A program made the position numbers and the translations under genes. A stretch of 64,000 bases of DNA from Granulicella sp. (GTDB lineage: Bacteria; Acidobacteriota; Terriglobia; Terriglobales; Acidobacteriaceae). Below the pieces are notes generated by a model. The model had not been told where the DNA came from. It did not search any database and was given only the letters and a program-made list of their open reading frames with translations. The stretch is from positions 1 to 64,000 of the forward strand of contig DAHWNL010000015.1 in assembly GCA_027339965.1 (NCBI GenBank), in the 5' to 3' direction. This document shows positions 42,125-51,916 of the stretch, piece by piece (the stretch's first letter is position 1; each line of letters begins with the position of its first letter).

Positions 42125-43537
42125 ATGACGATGGCGCTCTACAGCGTACTCCTGGCGCTGGCGCTGGTGCTCAGTTCGCCCTGGTGGCTGCTGCGCATGC
42201 TGACCACGGACCGCTACCGCCAGGGTCTGCGGGAGCGTCTTGGAGGAGTTCCCGCGCGCGTTCTGCACGAGATTCACGGCAGGCGCGTAGTGTGGGTTCA
42301 TGCCGTCAGCGTGGGTGAGGTACTGGCAGCCTCGAGATTGGTCCAGCAACTCGAATCTGCGCTGGATACCGGCGGCGACCGCGCGGCCGGCACGGCAAGG
42401 GTGGTGGTCTCCACCACCACGCGCACCGGGCAGGCTTTGGCCCGGCAGAGGTTCGGGGATAGCAGAGTCTTGTTCATGCCGCTGGACTTCGCTTTTGCGG
42501 TGCGGCCCTACCTGAGAGCGCTGCAGCCGGAGGCGCTGATTTTGATGGAGAACGAGCTGTGGCCGCGCCTGCTGCACGAGTGTGCGCTGCGCCAGACGCC
42601 GGTGGTGGTCGCCAATGCCCGCATGAGCGACCGATCATTTCGCCGCTCCACGCGCCGACTGCTGAAGCCGATATGGACGCGGGTGATGCGCCAGCCCAGG
42701 CTGTGGCTGGCGCAGAGCCAGGAGGATGCGCTGCGGCTGGCGAAAGTGGGGGTTGACGCCGCTTCCATCCAGGTGACGGGAAACATGAAGTACGACACTC
42801 TGGCGCCCCGGCAGAGCGCCATGGCAGACCGGGTGAGAAGGGTTGCTGCGGGAAGGCCCATTGTGATTGCGGGCAGCACGGTGGAGGGTTCCCCCGCAGA
42901 GGAGGAGCCGGTGATCCGGGCCTGGGCGGAGAGGGTCAAAGGACTGACGGGAGCCCTGCTCGTGCTTGCGCCGCGGCATCCGGAGCGGTTTGCATTGGTG
43001 GAGGCGATGCTGCGGCCTTATCGTTACGCCAAGGCGAGCGCGCTACAGCCCGAGGGTTCCAGCGCCACCCAAGCCAGGCCACAGGAGCAGGATGGCAGCA
43101 GCCGCCAGGCGAAGGCGGTAGTGCCGGAGACGCACGCGGAGGCGAATCCGTCCGACGGACTGGAGATCTTCTTGTTGGATACGATCGGCGATCTGGCGGC
43201 GGTCTATGCCGTAGCGGATGTGGCTTTTGTGGGGGGCAGCTTGGTGCGCAAGGGCGGACACAATCCCCTCGAGCCGGCTCAGTTTGGGGTTCCGGTGGTC
43301 ATGGGAGGTTCCTTTGAGAACTTCCGCGATGTGGTGGCCAAGATGCAGGAGGCGGACGCAATCCGCATCGTTCAGAACCAGGATCAGCTCGGGGCGGTTT
43401 TGGCCGAGTTGCTCACCGGCCGTCAGGAGGCGGCGAGGATCGGCGAGCGTGGACGGATGGTCTTTGCGCAGCAGCAAGGGGCCACGTTGCGCGCGGTCCA
43501 GGCGATTCTGCAGGCGATTGCGGAGGGTAGGTCATGA
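42125..43537 (+). CDS. waaA: Kdo transferase
   Basis: WVHAVSVGE, STTTRTG, ENELWP, NARMS, APRHPERF, GGHNPLEPA. Confidence 0.95.
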   Translation: MTMALYSVLLALALVLSSPWWLLRMLTTDRYRQGLRERLGGVPARVLHEIHGRRVVWVHAVSVGEVLAASRLVQQLESALDTGGDRAAGTARVVVSTTTRTGQALARQRFGDSRVLFMPLDFAFAVRPYLRALQPEALILMENELWPRLLHECALRQTPVVVANARMSDRSFRRSTRRLLKPIWTRVMRQPRLWLAQSQEDALRLAKVGVDAASIQVTGNMKYDTLAPRQSAMADRVRRVAAGRPIVIAGSTVEGSPAEEEPVIRAWAERVKGLTGALLVLAPRHPERFALVEAMLRPYRYAKASALQPEGSSATQARPQEQDGSSRQAKAVVPETHAEANPSDGLEIFLLDTIGDLAAVYAVADVAFVGGSLVRKGGHNPLEPAQFGVPVVMGGSFENFRDVVAKMQEADAIRIVQNQDQLGAVLAELLTGRQEAARIGERGRMVFAQQQGATLRAVQAILQAIAEGRS

Positions 43538-44649
43538 CCGCGCGGCGTAGCTGGGCGCAGCCGCTGGTCCCTCTCTATCGCGGGGCCTTGTGGTGTAAAG
43601 ATCGTCTGCGCAGCGCCGGCTGGGTCCGCACGCGCCGGCTGCAGTGGCCGGTGGTGAGTGTGGGCAGCCTCTCCGCCGGCGGAGCCGGCAAGACGCCCGT
43701 GGTGATTGCGCTGGCCGGCCTGCTCCAGGAGGCCGGCTGGACAGTGAGCGTTCTCTCCCGAGGCTATGGGCGGAGTGGGCGCGGGGTCGAGAGGGTTTCT
43801 CCTGGGGCGCAGGATGCGGCGCGCCGCTTTGGCGACGAGCCGGTGTTGATCGCCGAACGGACCGGCCTTCCCGTCTGGGTGGGAGCGGACCGTTACGCCG
43901 CCGGGAAGCGAGCCGAGGCGGAGGCGGGAGAGCAACAGCGCGGCGTCCATCTGCTGGATGATGGCTTTCAGCATCTTCGGCTGGCGCGACAGGTGGACGT
44001 TGTGCTGTTGACCGGAGATGACCTGGAGGACGCGCTGCTACCCGCCGGGAACCTTCGCGAGGGGCTTGCAGCCCTGCAAAGGGCCGATGTGGTTGTGGTT
44101 CGACACGATGAATGGACTGCTGAGGGCCAAGGCGAGAACGAAGCTGCCGCACGCACCGGTCGGCTATCACTGGGCACGCGTGCCTGGGAGATGCTGCGTG
44201 AGCACGGCCATCTGTGGACGGTGCGGAGAAGCCTGCGCTTCCCCGCTCCCCTGAAGGTCTTCGGGGCTGGGTTGCGACCGGTCGCTTTTTGCGCCGTCGC
44301 CCGGCCCGAGGGCTTTGCCGCGATGCTGCAGGAGGCGGGTTGCGGAGTTGTGGAGACGGTTGCGTTTGCGGATCATCATGGCTACAGCGAGGCGGATATC
44401 CGCAGGGTGATTGAAGTCGCAAAGAGCCTGGAGGGTACCGGATTTGTCACCACGGAGAAAGATGCCGTTAAGCTGACCGAGAGGATGCGTGAAGAGTTGA
44501 TGCAATTCGGTCCGTTGATGGTGGTGGCGCTGGATGCGCAGTTCGACGACCCGAGAGCGGTGTTGCGTTCCTTGGAGGAGAAGCTCGAAGATGCCTGGAA
44601 CGGAGAGCGAAAGCCGGCAAGGCAAAGCGAACCGGAGCGGCCACGATGA
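43534..44649 (+). CDS. lpxK: Tetraacyldisaccharide 4'-kinase
   Basis: SVGSLSAGGAGKTP, SRGYG, GDEP, LDDGFQH, FADHH, TTEKDAVK. Confidence 0.95.
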   Translation: MTARRSWAQPLVPLYRGALWCKDRLRSAGWVRTRRLQWPVVSVGSLSAGGAGKTPVVIALAGLLQEAGWTVSVLSRGYGRSGRGVERVSPGAQDAARRFGDEPVLIAERTGLPVWVGADRYAAGKRAEAEAGEQQRGVHLLDDGFQHLRLARQVDVVLLTGDDLEDALLPAGNLREGLAALQRADVVVVRHDEWTAEGQGENEAAARTGRLSLGTRAWEMLREHGHLWTVRRSLRFPAPLKVFGAGLRPVAFCAVARPEGFAAMLQEAGCGVVETVAFADHHGYSEADIRRVIEVAKSLEGTGFVTTEKDAVKLTERMREELMQFGPLMVVALDAQFDDPRAVLRSLEEKLEDAWNGERKPARQSEPERPR

Positions 44650-45713
44650 GAGTCCTGGTGGTTCGCGTAGGCGCGATGGGCGATGTGCTGCACGCCCTGC
44701 CTGCCGTTGCTGCGCTGCGCAAAGAGAGACCGGATTGGGTGTTGGATTGGGTCGTCGATCCTCGCTGGTCGCCGTTACTGGTGAACACCCAGGGCGAGGC
44801 TCCGGTGGTCAATGGCGTCTGGCTGGCCGAGACCAAGCTGTGGTCCAAGCATCCGGCCTCGCTGACAACGCTCCGATCCATCCTGAATCTGCGCCGTGAA
44901 ACCCGGCGCGCGCGCTATGACCGGGTGGTGGATATGCAGGGAACCCTGCGTTCGGCAGTGATTGGATGGATGGCCGGGGCGCGAAAGTTCGCTGGCTACC
45001 GGGATCCCCGCGAGAGGCTGGCCGCCGGGTTCTACCAGCAACACGTGCAGCGCCATGGGCGCCACGTGGTCGAGCAGGGTGCGGCGCTGCTGGGCGAGGC
45101 CTGCGGCGTAGCGTTGGAGTTGGCGCCGGTGACTCTTCCCCATGAGGCATGGGCGGATCTCTGGGCGGCCGAGGTAGCAGGGGATGGGGTGAGCGAGCCA
45201 AGACGCCTGTGCGTGCTGGCTGCGGGAGGCGGGTGGAAGGCCAAACAGTGGCCGGCGGCGCGCTACGCAGAACTGGCTGTCCGGCTGCGTTCGATGGGTA
45301 TGGATGTGGTGGTCAACGCGGCCAGCCAGGATGATCCCGTAGCAGCCGAGGTGGTCGCCGCCGGCGCAGGAGCCGCGCGAGCCGTGGTCTGTGACGTGAC
45401 GGGACTGATCGCCTTGCTGCGCCGCGCCGTGCTGGTGATTGGTGGAGACTCCGGACCGGTGCATCTGGCCGCAGCCCTGGGCATTCCGTTGCTGGCCTTG
45501 TTTGGACCGACCGATCCGGAGAGAAATGGGCCTTGGGGGCCCGGGCGTAGGGTTGTGTTGCGCGATCCAGCCTCCTTGACCAGTTACAAGCACGTCGCTC
45601 ACCTGGATCCAGGGTTGGCAAACTTGTCTGTGAGCGCGGTGCTGGACGGCGCGCAGCGCCTGATAGAGGCCGCTGGGCCAACGGATCTTCCGGATGGGCG
45701 GAGTGGCCTTTAG
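44646..45713 (+). CDS. GT9 LPS heptosyltransferase (WaaC-like)
   Basis: AMGDVLH, DMQG, KQWP, DSGPVHLAAA, LFGPT. Confidence 0.88.
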   Translation: MRVLVVRVGAMGDVLHALPAVAALRKERPDWVLDWVVDPRWSPLLVNTQGEAPVVNGVWLAETKLWSKHPASLTTLRSILNLRRETRRARYDRVVDMQGTLRSAVIGWMAGARKFAGYRDPRERLAAGFYQQHVQRHGRHVVEQGAALLGEACGVALELAPVTLPHEAWADLWAAEVAGDGVSEPRRLCVLAAGGGWKAKQWPAARYAELAVRLRSMGMDVVVNAASQDDPVAAEVVAAGAGAARAVVCDVTGLIALLRRAVLVIGGDSGPVHLAAALGIPLLALFGPTDPERNGPWGPGRRVVLRDPASLTSYKHVAHLDPGLANLSVSAVLDGAQRLIEAAGPTDLPDGRSGL

Positions 45714-45722
45714 AATGACGGG

Positions 45723-46313
45723 ATGGGAGCAACCGGCGAGACCCAAGCCACGGTGCGAACAGGTTGGCAGAGGGTGGCGCGCAGGTTGCGTGTGCCGCTG
45801 GGCTTTGCCGTGGCCGCAGTCTTTTTGATCTTCGCGCGGCCCAGCCGCCAGACGCTGGCCTGGAGTCTGCTATTGGTGATTCCCGGCCTGTGGCTGCGCA
45901 GCTATGCGGCTGGCTATGTCAAGAAGAACGCGGAGTTGACGCGCACCGGGCCCTACGCCTATACGCGCAACCCGCTCTATTTGGGCTCCATGAGCATCGC
46001 AGCCGGCTTTGCGGTAGCGGCGGGACGGTGGTGGCTGGGGCTGTTGCTGGCAGTGATGTTCCTGGCCATCTATCTGCCGGTGATTCTCTCTGAGGAAACT
46101 TATCTGCGGGGCGCATTTGCCTCCTTTGACGAGTATGCGCAGAAGGTCCCCCGGTTGCTGCCAAGGCTCACCCGGGCGCAATTTGTCGAAGTGGAGACGG
46201 AACAGGGCCGATTCTCGCCAGAACGTTACCGGCATCATCGCGAGTACAATGCCCTTATGGGCGCGGCCGCGATCTATGCTGCATTGACCGTGCGCATGCT
46301 GTTGCGACATTGA
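45723..46313 (+). CDS. ICMT/PEMT-family integral membrane methyltransferase
   Basis: LTRTGPYAYTRNPLYLG, EETYL...F..Y...VPRLLP. Confidence 0.85.
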   Translation: MGATGETQATVRTGWQRVARRLRVPLGFAVAAVFLIFARPSRQTLAWSLLLVIPGLWLRSYAAGYVKKNAELTRTGPYAYTRNPLYLGSMSIAAGFAVAAGRWWLGLLLAVMFLAIYLPVILSEETYLRGAFASFDEYAQKVPRLLPRLTRAQFVEVETEQGRFSPERYRHHREYNALMGAAAIYAALTVRMLLRH

Positions 46314-46401
46314 ACCGCCGTTGTCAAAGCTCCAGGGAGATGATGATTTGACGGCCGCTTGGATGGCCCCTTGGCGGGTCTGGAGAGACTCGTTGGCGGG
46401 A

Positions 46402-47277
46402 ATGGGCGGGAGGTTGGTTCTCGTCAGGGTTCCCTGCCTGCTCGGCTGGCGCCCGGCAGCGGCGCTCTCAAGCGCGGCGACTGCAGCGCTAGGGATGCTG
46501 TTGCTTGGCTGGATGCTGCCCCGGCAAGCCAACGCACAGTTTTTTACCCGGCCGGAGCCCCCCGCAGCGCAGCGCCAGATTCCAGTGCTTCAGCCGCCTC
46601 CAACCACATTCACCTATCCAGAGCATGAGACCCTGACCTACAGCGTCGATTGGCGGGTTTTCAAAACCGGGCTAGCTGTCTTCCACCTGGATCAAACGGG
46701 AGGAGTGCTGAAGATCGCGGCGACTGCGGATACGATTGGAGCGGTGAATCTGCTGTTTCCCGTGGTGGATGGCTTTCAGTCCGGCTTCAACGTGAAGACG
46801 GGATGCTCAACGGGATTTGACAAGCAGACGCAGGAGGGCCGGCGCAAGATTGCCAGCGACCTGAGTTTTGATTATGCGAACGGCAAGCAGACCCTGAATG
46901 AGCGCAACCTGGTGAAGGGTACACAGAAGGTCCTGGTCACCAACATCCCCGCCTGTGTCACCGATTCTCTCTCGGCGATGTTCTATGTGCAGTCACAGAA
47001 CCTGGAGCCAGGACAGACGTTTTACTTCCCCCTGGCCGATGCGATGCGAACCGTAACCGTGGGCATGAAGGTGGAGGGCCGCGAGGAGATCACCACGCCG
47101 GCCGGAACCTTTGAGACCATCAAGGTGCAGCCGACGGCCGATGAAGGCGTGGTGAAGAACCGGGGCAGCATCTGGATCTGGTACACCGATGACGACCGGC
47201 GGCTGCCCGTACAGATGCAGGCGCAACTGTTCTGGGGCACCATCACCTTCCATCTGCAGTCAGTTGCCTCAAATTAG
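46402..47277 (+). CDS. DUF3108-like exported protein (start uncertain, 46402-46495)
   Basis: ETLTYSVDW, DSLSAMFY, EEITTPAGTFETIKV, IWYTDDDRRLPV. Confidence 0.75.
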   Translation: MGGRLVLVRVPCLLGWRPAAALSSAATAALGMLLLGWMLPRQANAQFFTRPEPPAAQRQIPVLQPPPTTFTYPEHETLTYSVDWRVFKTGLAVFHLDQTGGVLKIAATADTIGAVNLLFPVVDGFQSGFNVKTGCSTGFDKQTQEGRRKIASDLSFDYANGKQTLNERNLVKGTQKVLVTNIPACVTDSLSAMFYVQSQNLEPGQTFYFPLADAMRTVTVGMKVEGREEITTPAGTFETIKVQPTADEGVVKNRGSIWIWYTDDDRRLPVQMQAQLFWGTITFHLQSVASN

Positions 47278-47401
47278 AAGCGCGCGGAGAATAGGGTGGT
47301 GCGAGGGACTCGCTGGGAAACATTCGTAGCTCCCATTGCGGAGCCAAGGGAGCTGGAGCCAGGGGCTGGAATCTGGGGCGCTTCAATGGAGGAGGTGAGC
47401 C

Positions 47402-47725
47402 ATGAACAACCAAGAGATCGGTAAAGAACCGGATGAGTTGGTAACGATCGCCGTATTTCCCGAGCCGTCAGAGGCGAACCTCGCGCGGTCCGAGTTGGAG
47501 GCAGTGGGGATTCCCGCATTTCTGCAGGGTGAGACGGCCAACAGCATGATTCCAGTGGCATTTGTCTCCCAGTTGCAGGTGTACGCGCGAGACGAAGTTG
47601 AGGCCCGCAAGCTCCTGGAGGCCATGGAGGAGGCTCCAGAGTCGATGGAGTCCGTGACTGCGGCGGAGATCGAGGCCGAGCAGGCCGCGGCCAAGCAAGA
47701 CACTCCAAAGGAGGAAAAGGGATGA
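47402..47725 (+). CDS. DUF2007-like small acidic protein
   Basis: GGAGG RBS; LVTIAVF...EANLARSELEAVGIPAFLQGE...LQV...EARKLL; ATGA-coupled to queC. Confidence 0.75.
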   Translation: MNNQEIGKEPDELVTIAVFPEPSEANLARSELEAVGIPAFLQGETANSMIPVAFVSQLQVYARDEVEARKLLEAMEEAPESMESVTAAEIEAEQAAAKQDTPKEEKG

Positions 47726-48480
47726 GCCGGCCACGCGCCGTCGTCTGTCTCTCCGGCGGCATGGATTCCACGGTCTGCGCGACGCTGGCCGCGCGAGACT
47801 ATGACTGCTTTGCGCTGCACTTCAGCTACGGACAGCGCACCCAGACGAGAGAGCTGCGCGCCTCTCGCGAGGTGGCGCAGGCGATAGGGTTGCGGGATCT
47901 GATGGTGCTGGAAACGGATCTGTTTCGCCGCATCGGGGGGTCTGCCTTGACCGATACTCGAATTGCTGTGCCCAGCGCCGGAGTCGAAGGGGAAGGTTCG
48001 GTGGACAGCCGAGCAGGATCCAGAGAGCGCGCGGCCGAGGAGATTCCAGTCACATATGTTCCTTTTCGGAACGCCCACTTCCTGAGCGCCGCCGTAAGCT
48101 GGGCTGAGGTTTTAGGCGCTGCCAGCGTATTCATCGGAGCTGTGGAGCAGGACAGCTCCGGTTATCCCGATTGCCGGCCGGCCTACTACGAAGCTTTCAA
48201 CGATCTGATCCGGAGGGGCACCAAACAGGGTGAGATCCGCGTGGTGACGCCACTGATTCAGATGAGAAAGCATGAGATTGTGCGGCTAGGAGTTGAATTG
48301 GGCGCTCCGTTGCATGTAAGTTGGTCATGCTACGCAGGCGAAACGGAGGCGTGCGGAGTTTGCGAAAGCTGCGACCTGCGGTTACGGGCTTTCGCAGCAG
48401 CCGGCGCCGATGACCCGATCCCTTACGCAACAGGCGTGGTAACCGGTCGCATTGCAAATGGTGTAAGAAATGCCCGTTAG
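47722..48480 (+). CDS. queC: 7-cyano-7-deazaguanine synthase
   Basis: SGGMDS, YGQR, TYVPFRN, GYPDCR, SCY...CGVCESC. Confidence 0.96.
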   Translation: MSRPRAVVCLSGGMDSTVCATLAARDYDCFALHFSYGQRTQTRELRASREVAQAIGLRDLMVLETDLFRRIGGSALTDTRIAVPSAGVEGEGSVDSRAGSRERAAEEIPVTYVPFRNAHFLSAAVSWAEVLGAASVFIGAVEQDSSGYPDCRPAYYEAFNDLIRRGTKQGEIRVVTPLIQMRKHEIVRLGVELGAPLHVSWSCYAGETEACGVCESCDLRLRAFAAAGADDPIPYATGVVTGRIANGVRNAR

Positions 48481-48518
48481 TCGATGCAGCGCATCGGACT
48501 GACCGTGAAAGAAGGACA

Positions 48519-49715
48519 ATGAGGATGATGAGAGCGAAGCGGAGTGCCTTTTTTGCCAGTCTGGCAGGTGTATTGGGTGTGGCGATCTTTGTGGCCACAC
48601 CCGTGTTGGCTCAGTCCGGGGCGACGGTGCATGGCCACGTGTCGAACCCCGCAGGGGAGAACTTTACCCCCGGCGAGGTGCAGTTCACCACGGACATGAC
48701 CGTCCCGTACAAGCAGGCCAAGATCAGCAACACGGCCCAGATTGATGCCAATGGAAACTACACGGCCACGGGTATCAAGCCTGGTCAGTACTTTGTCTAC
48801 GTTGTCCGGGGCAACATCGTTGCCGACCAATTGCAGTTGTCGATCACAGCATCACAGAAAGATGTGACGCTGGATGACGACATGTCGCGCGCTGCATACC
48901 TGAAGGCAATGACTCCGGAACAGCGCAAGCAACTGGAAGAGTACAAGAAGAAGAACGCTGCGGTTGCTTCCGCCAACAAAGTGATTGCCAAGCTCAACAA
49001 GACGCTGGTCTCGGTGCGGGCAGACCTGAAGGCTGCCGCCCCCAACCAAGGTGATGTCAGCAAGGATGTGGATGAGATGAAGCAGGCGGTCGCCGTGAAG
49101 CCGGACGTGGGTCTGCTGTGGCTGACCTACGGCGATACGCTGATGGCGCAGGGACGGCATCTGAGCGCGGCGGACAAGAACGCGGGCAAGTCTCCGGCGG
49201 CTGATCCCGCCGTGACGCAGAATTTCAGCTCCGCCGTGGACGCCTACAACAAAGCAATTACCCTGGAGAAGGCGGCGACCAAACCCAACCCTGCAGCATT
49301 GGGAGCGGACTATAACCAACTCGGCAACGCAATGATTGCCTCGGGCAAGAGCAGTGACGCCATACCCGACTTTGAAAGCGCGGCCGCAGCTGATCCAACC
49401 AATGCGGGCATGTACTACAAGAACGAGGCCGCCGTGATGTACAACGCCGGAAACATGGATGGAGCGCTGGCTGCCGCCAACAAGGCGATCGCCGCGAGTC
49501 CAAACGATCCCTTGCCTTACTTCATCAAAGGTCAAGCCCTGGTGACCAAGGTGACGGTCGATCCAAAGACAAACAAGATGACTCCGCCTCCCGGGTGCAT
49601 TGAGGCCTACCAGAAGTTTCTGCAGTTGGCGCCCAACGATCCCAAGGTGCCTCAGGTGCAAGCGGTCTTGCAGAGCCTGGGTCAGTCGATCAGCAAATCC
49701 TACCGGGCGCACTAA
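48519..49715 (+). CDS. Exported carboxypeptidase-regulatory-like domain plus TPR protein
   Basis: Signal peptide; beta-sandwich N-terminus (GHVSNP...GIKPGQY); TPR-like helices (YNQLGNA, AYQKFLQLAP). Confidence 0.8.
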   Translation: MRMMRAKRSAFFASLAGVLGVAIFVATPVLAQSGATVHGHVSNPAGENFTPGEVQFTTDMTVPYKQAKISNTAQIDANGNYTATGIKPGQYFVYVVRGNIVADQLQLSITASQKDVTLDDDMSRAAYLKAMTPEQRKQLEEYKKKNAAVASANKVIAKLNKTLVSVRADLKAAAPNQGDVSKDVDEMKQAVAVKPDVGLLWLTYGDTLMAQGRHLSAADKNAGKSPAADPAVTQNFSSAVDAYNKAITLEKAATKPNPAALGADYNQLGNAMIASGKSSDAIPDFESAAAADPTNAGMYYKNEAAVMYNAGNMDGALAAANKAIAASPNDPLPYFIKGQALVTKVTVDPKTNKMTPPPGCIEAYQKFLQLAPNDPKVPQVQAVLQSLGQSISKSYRAH

Positions 49716-49885
49716 GGATCGGAACGTCTACCAAGTGGATCGCCGCAGAGCATGAAGTGGAGATGGACTGTGCAGCGATCCAGCGTGGAGCGTGCCGATC
49801 GCACGCAGGAAGGTTCTCAACCTGGCGGTCGCCCCGGTCAGCAGCTTCTGGCCGGGGCGCTGTCGTCTTGGGGAGGAAAAGTGAT

Positions 49886-51172
49886 TTGGAGAAACTTCCG
49901 GGAATAGATCGGATTCTACCCTTCGAGGAGGCGTTGGCAGTAGTGCTCCGGCACGCGCAGGCCTTGCCGCACCCCCAGGCAGTGGAGGCGCTGGCGCTGA
50001 GCCGCGCTCGAGGGCGGGTGCTGGCTCGAGCCGTTGTTGCGGACCGGGATCAGCCGCCGTTTGACCGCGCGACCAGGGATGGATATGCGGTGCGGGCTGC
50101 GGATCTGGCAGAGACGACATCAGGAGAGCTGCGCGTCGTGGGGTCGCTTCGAGCCGGCGAGACTTGGAAGGGCGCTCCGCTGCGGACCGGCGAGGCCATC
50201 GAGATCATGACCGGAGCAGGACTGCCGGAAGGAGCCGACGCCGTTGTGATGGTGGAGGATACGGCCTGGGGAAACGGTGGCTTGCGCTGGCAACGCGCCC
50301 TGCGAATGGGAGACAACGTGGTGCCAAGGGGCGCGGAGACCAGGGCCGGCTCCGTGGTGCTGGCGCAGGGCAGTCTGCTCGGTGGAGCGGAGATCGGCCT
50401 GGCCGCCAGTTGCGGGCAGGCGAAGCTTGAGGTGTTTGCCCAGCCGAGAGCCGCCATTGCCGCTACCGGCGACGAACTGGTGGAGTTGGATGAGCCCATG
50501 GAGGGTGCGCAGATACGCAACTCCAACAGCTATGCGCTGGCGGCGCTGGTGGAGGCCTCCGGGGGCGTCGCCGAACGGCTGGCCACGGCGCGAGACTGCG
50601 TGGAAGATCTGCACGCCCGGGTCGTCGAGGGCTGCAAGGCCGACCTGCTGCTATTCACCGGCGGCGTCTCGATGGGCAAGTATGATCTGGTGGAGCAGGT
50701 ACTGGAGAGTTGTGGAGCGGAGTTTTTCTTTACCGGCGCTCTGATTCAGCCAGGCAAGCCGATCGTCTTTGGACGGTTGCCCAAGCTGGGCGGGCTGCAG
50801 CGGGGGGAGTGGACGTACTTCTTCGGATTGCCGGGAAATCCAGTGTCGGCGCAGGTTTGTTTTCACCTGTTCGTCGCTCCTATGCTGCGCGCCCTGTGCG
50901 GACGAAAGGAGGTTGCGCCCCTGTTTGTGGAGGCTCGGCTGGTAGAGGCCGTGCAAGGAGGCTCTCGCGTGACGCGGTTTCTTCCTGCCCGGTTGAGTGG
51001 GGCCTGGGATGGAGCCAGAGTGCAGTTGGTGGGTTGGCAGGGTTCGGGAGACGTTGTGGCCAACGCGCGCGGAAACGGCTACGCTGTGCTGCCCGCGGGG
51101 CTACCTGCGAGGGTGACTGCCGGAATAGACGGGTTCGCCGCCGGTGAGACAGTGCGTGTGCTGCTGCGTTAG
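49886..51172 (+). CDS. moeA: Molybdopterin molybdotransferase
   Basis: GGAGG then TTG; PPFDRATRDGYA, IMTGA, TGDEL, TGGVSMG, QPGKP, GLPGNPVS. Confidence 0.95.
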   Translation: MEKLPGIDRILPFEEALAVVLRHAQALPHPQAVEALALSRARGRVLARAVVADRDQPPFDRATRDGYAVRAADLAETTSGELRVVGSLRAGETWKGAPLRTGEAIEIMTGAGLPEGADAVVMVEDTAWGNGGLRWQRALRMGDNVVPRGAETRAGSVVLAQGSLLGGAEIGLAASCGQAKLEVFAQPRAAIAATGDELVELDEPMEGAQIRNSNSYALAALVEASGGVAERLATARDCVEDLHARVVEGCKADLLLFTGGVSMGKYDLVEQVLESCGAEFFFTGALIQPGKPIVFGRLPKLGGLQRGEWTYFFGLPGNPVSAQVCFHLFVAPMLRALCGRKEVAPLFVEARLVEAVQGGSRVTRFLPARLSGAWDGARVQLVGWQGSGDVVANARGNGYAVLPAGLPARVTAGIDGFAAGETVRVLLR

Positions 51173-51335
51173 AGATTTTTCCACGCAGGGTCTCTCCCGG
51201 CGCTACGGCTTTCAGTGGCCCTCTCTTCAAGATTCGGGTCTCCGGAACGCTTGCCTGTCGAGTTGGAATGAAGACTCTGCGACAAGCCCGCCTCGGAAAA
51301 ACCATTTGCACCGGAAAAACGATAGGATGGCCGCT

Positions 51336-51815
51336 ATGAGCGAAAAATTGTCGCACTTCGATGAGGCCGGGCAGGCGCGCATGGTGGATGTGGGCTCCAA
51401 GCCGCCCACCCGCCGGGAGGCCATCGCCAGGGCGTTTGTCGAGCTGAAGGAAGAGGTTCTGGCAGCGCTGCCGCAAAATCCGAAGGGAGACCCGTTGCAG
51501 GTGGCTCGTTTTGCCGGAATCCAGGCGGCCAAGCGGACCAGCGAGTTGATTCCGATGTGCCATCCGCTGGCGCTGAGCTTCGTGAACGTCGAGGCCGGGG
51601 TGGTTGCCGGTGGGGTGGAGATTCGGGCAACGGCGGCGACAGTGGCCGGCACCGGGGTGGAGATGGAAGCCATGACGGCGGCTGCAGTGGCGGCGCTTAC
51701 GGTCTATGACATGACCAAAGCTCTGGATAAGGGCATTCGGATTCGGGAGGTGGCGTTGGTCGCCAAGAGCGGCGGCAAGAGCGGCGGCAAGAGCGGGGAT
51801 TACCGGCGACCGTGA
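51336..51815 (+). CDS. moaC: Cyclic pyranopterin monophosphate synthase
   Basis: MVDV, AGIQAAKRTSELIPMCHPL, TGVEMEA, YDMTKA, KSGGKSG. Confidence 0.96.
   Translation: MSEKLSHFDEAGQARMVDVGSKPPTRREAIARAFVELKEEVLAALPQNPKGDPLQVARFAGIQAAKRTSELIPMCHPLALSFVNVEAGVVAGGVEIRATAATVAGTGVEMEAMTAAAVAALTVYDMTKALDKGIRIREVALVAKSGGKSGGKSGDYRRP
51765..51796 (+). repeat. 12-bp tandem expansion of the MoaC KSGG motif
   Basis: AAGAGCGGCGGC x2 plus AAGAGCGG. Confidence 0.85.
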
Positions 51816-51916
51816 TCCTGCCGCGCGAGCCATGGCGCAGGCCTATTGTGCCGCAGCCATTCCGTCGCCAGGTTCTGAAAGCCCGGAAAGGGATGACGGC
51901 TGAGACCCTTCCGCAT

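Noticed and set aside
40265..42577. 770-aa minus-strand ORF, and similar long ORFs such as 56178-57578, 27413-29161 and 14948-16258
   Set aside because: Antisense shadows of well-supported genes in high-GC DNA; no motifs
49716..49885. Moco riboswitch upstream of moeA (hairpin 49830-49859), and likewise before moaC
   Set aside because: Hairpins are present, but the conserved Moco-RNA segments are not recognisable
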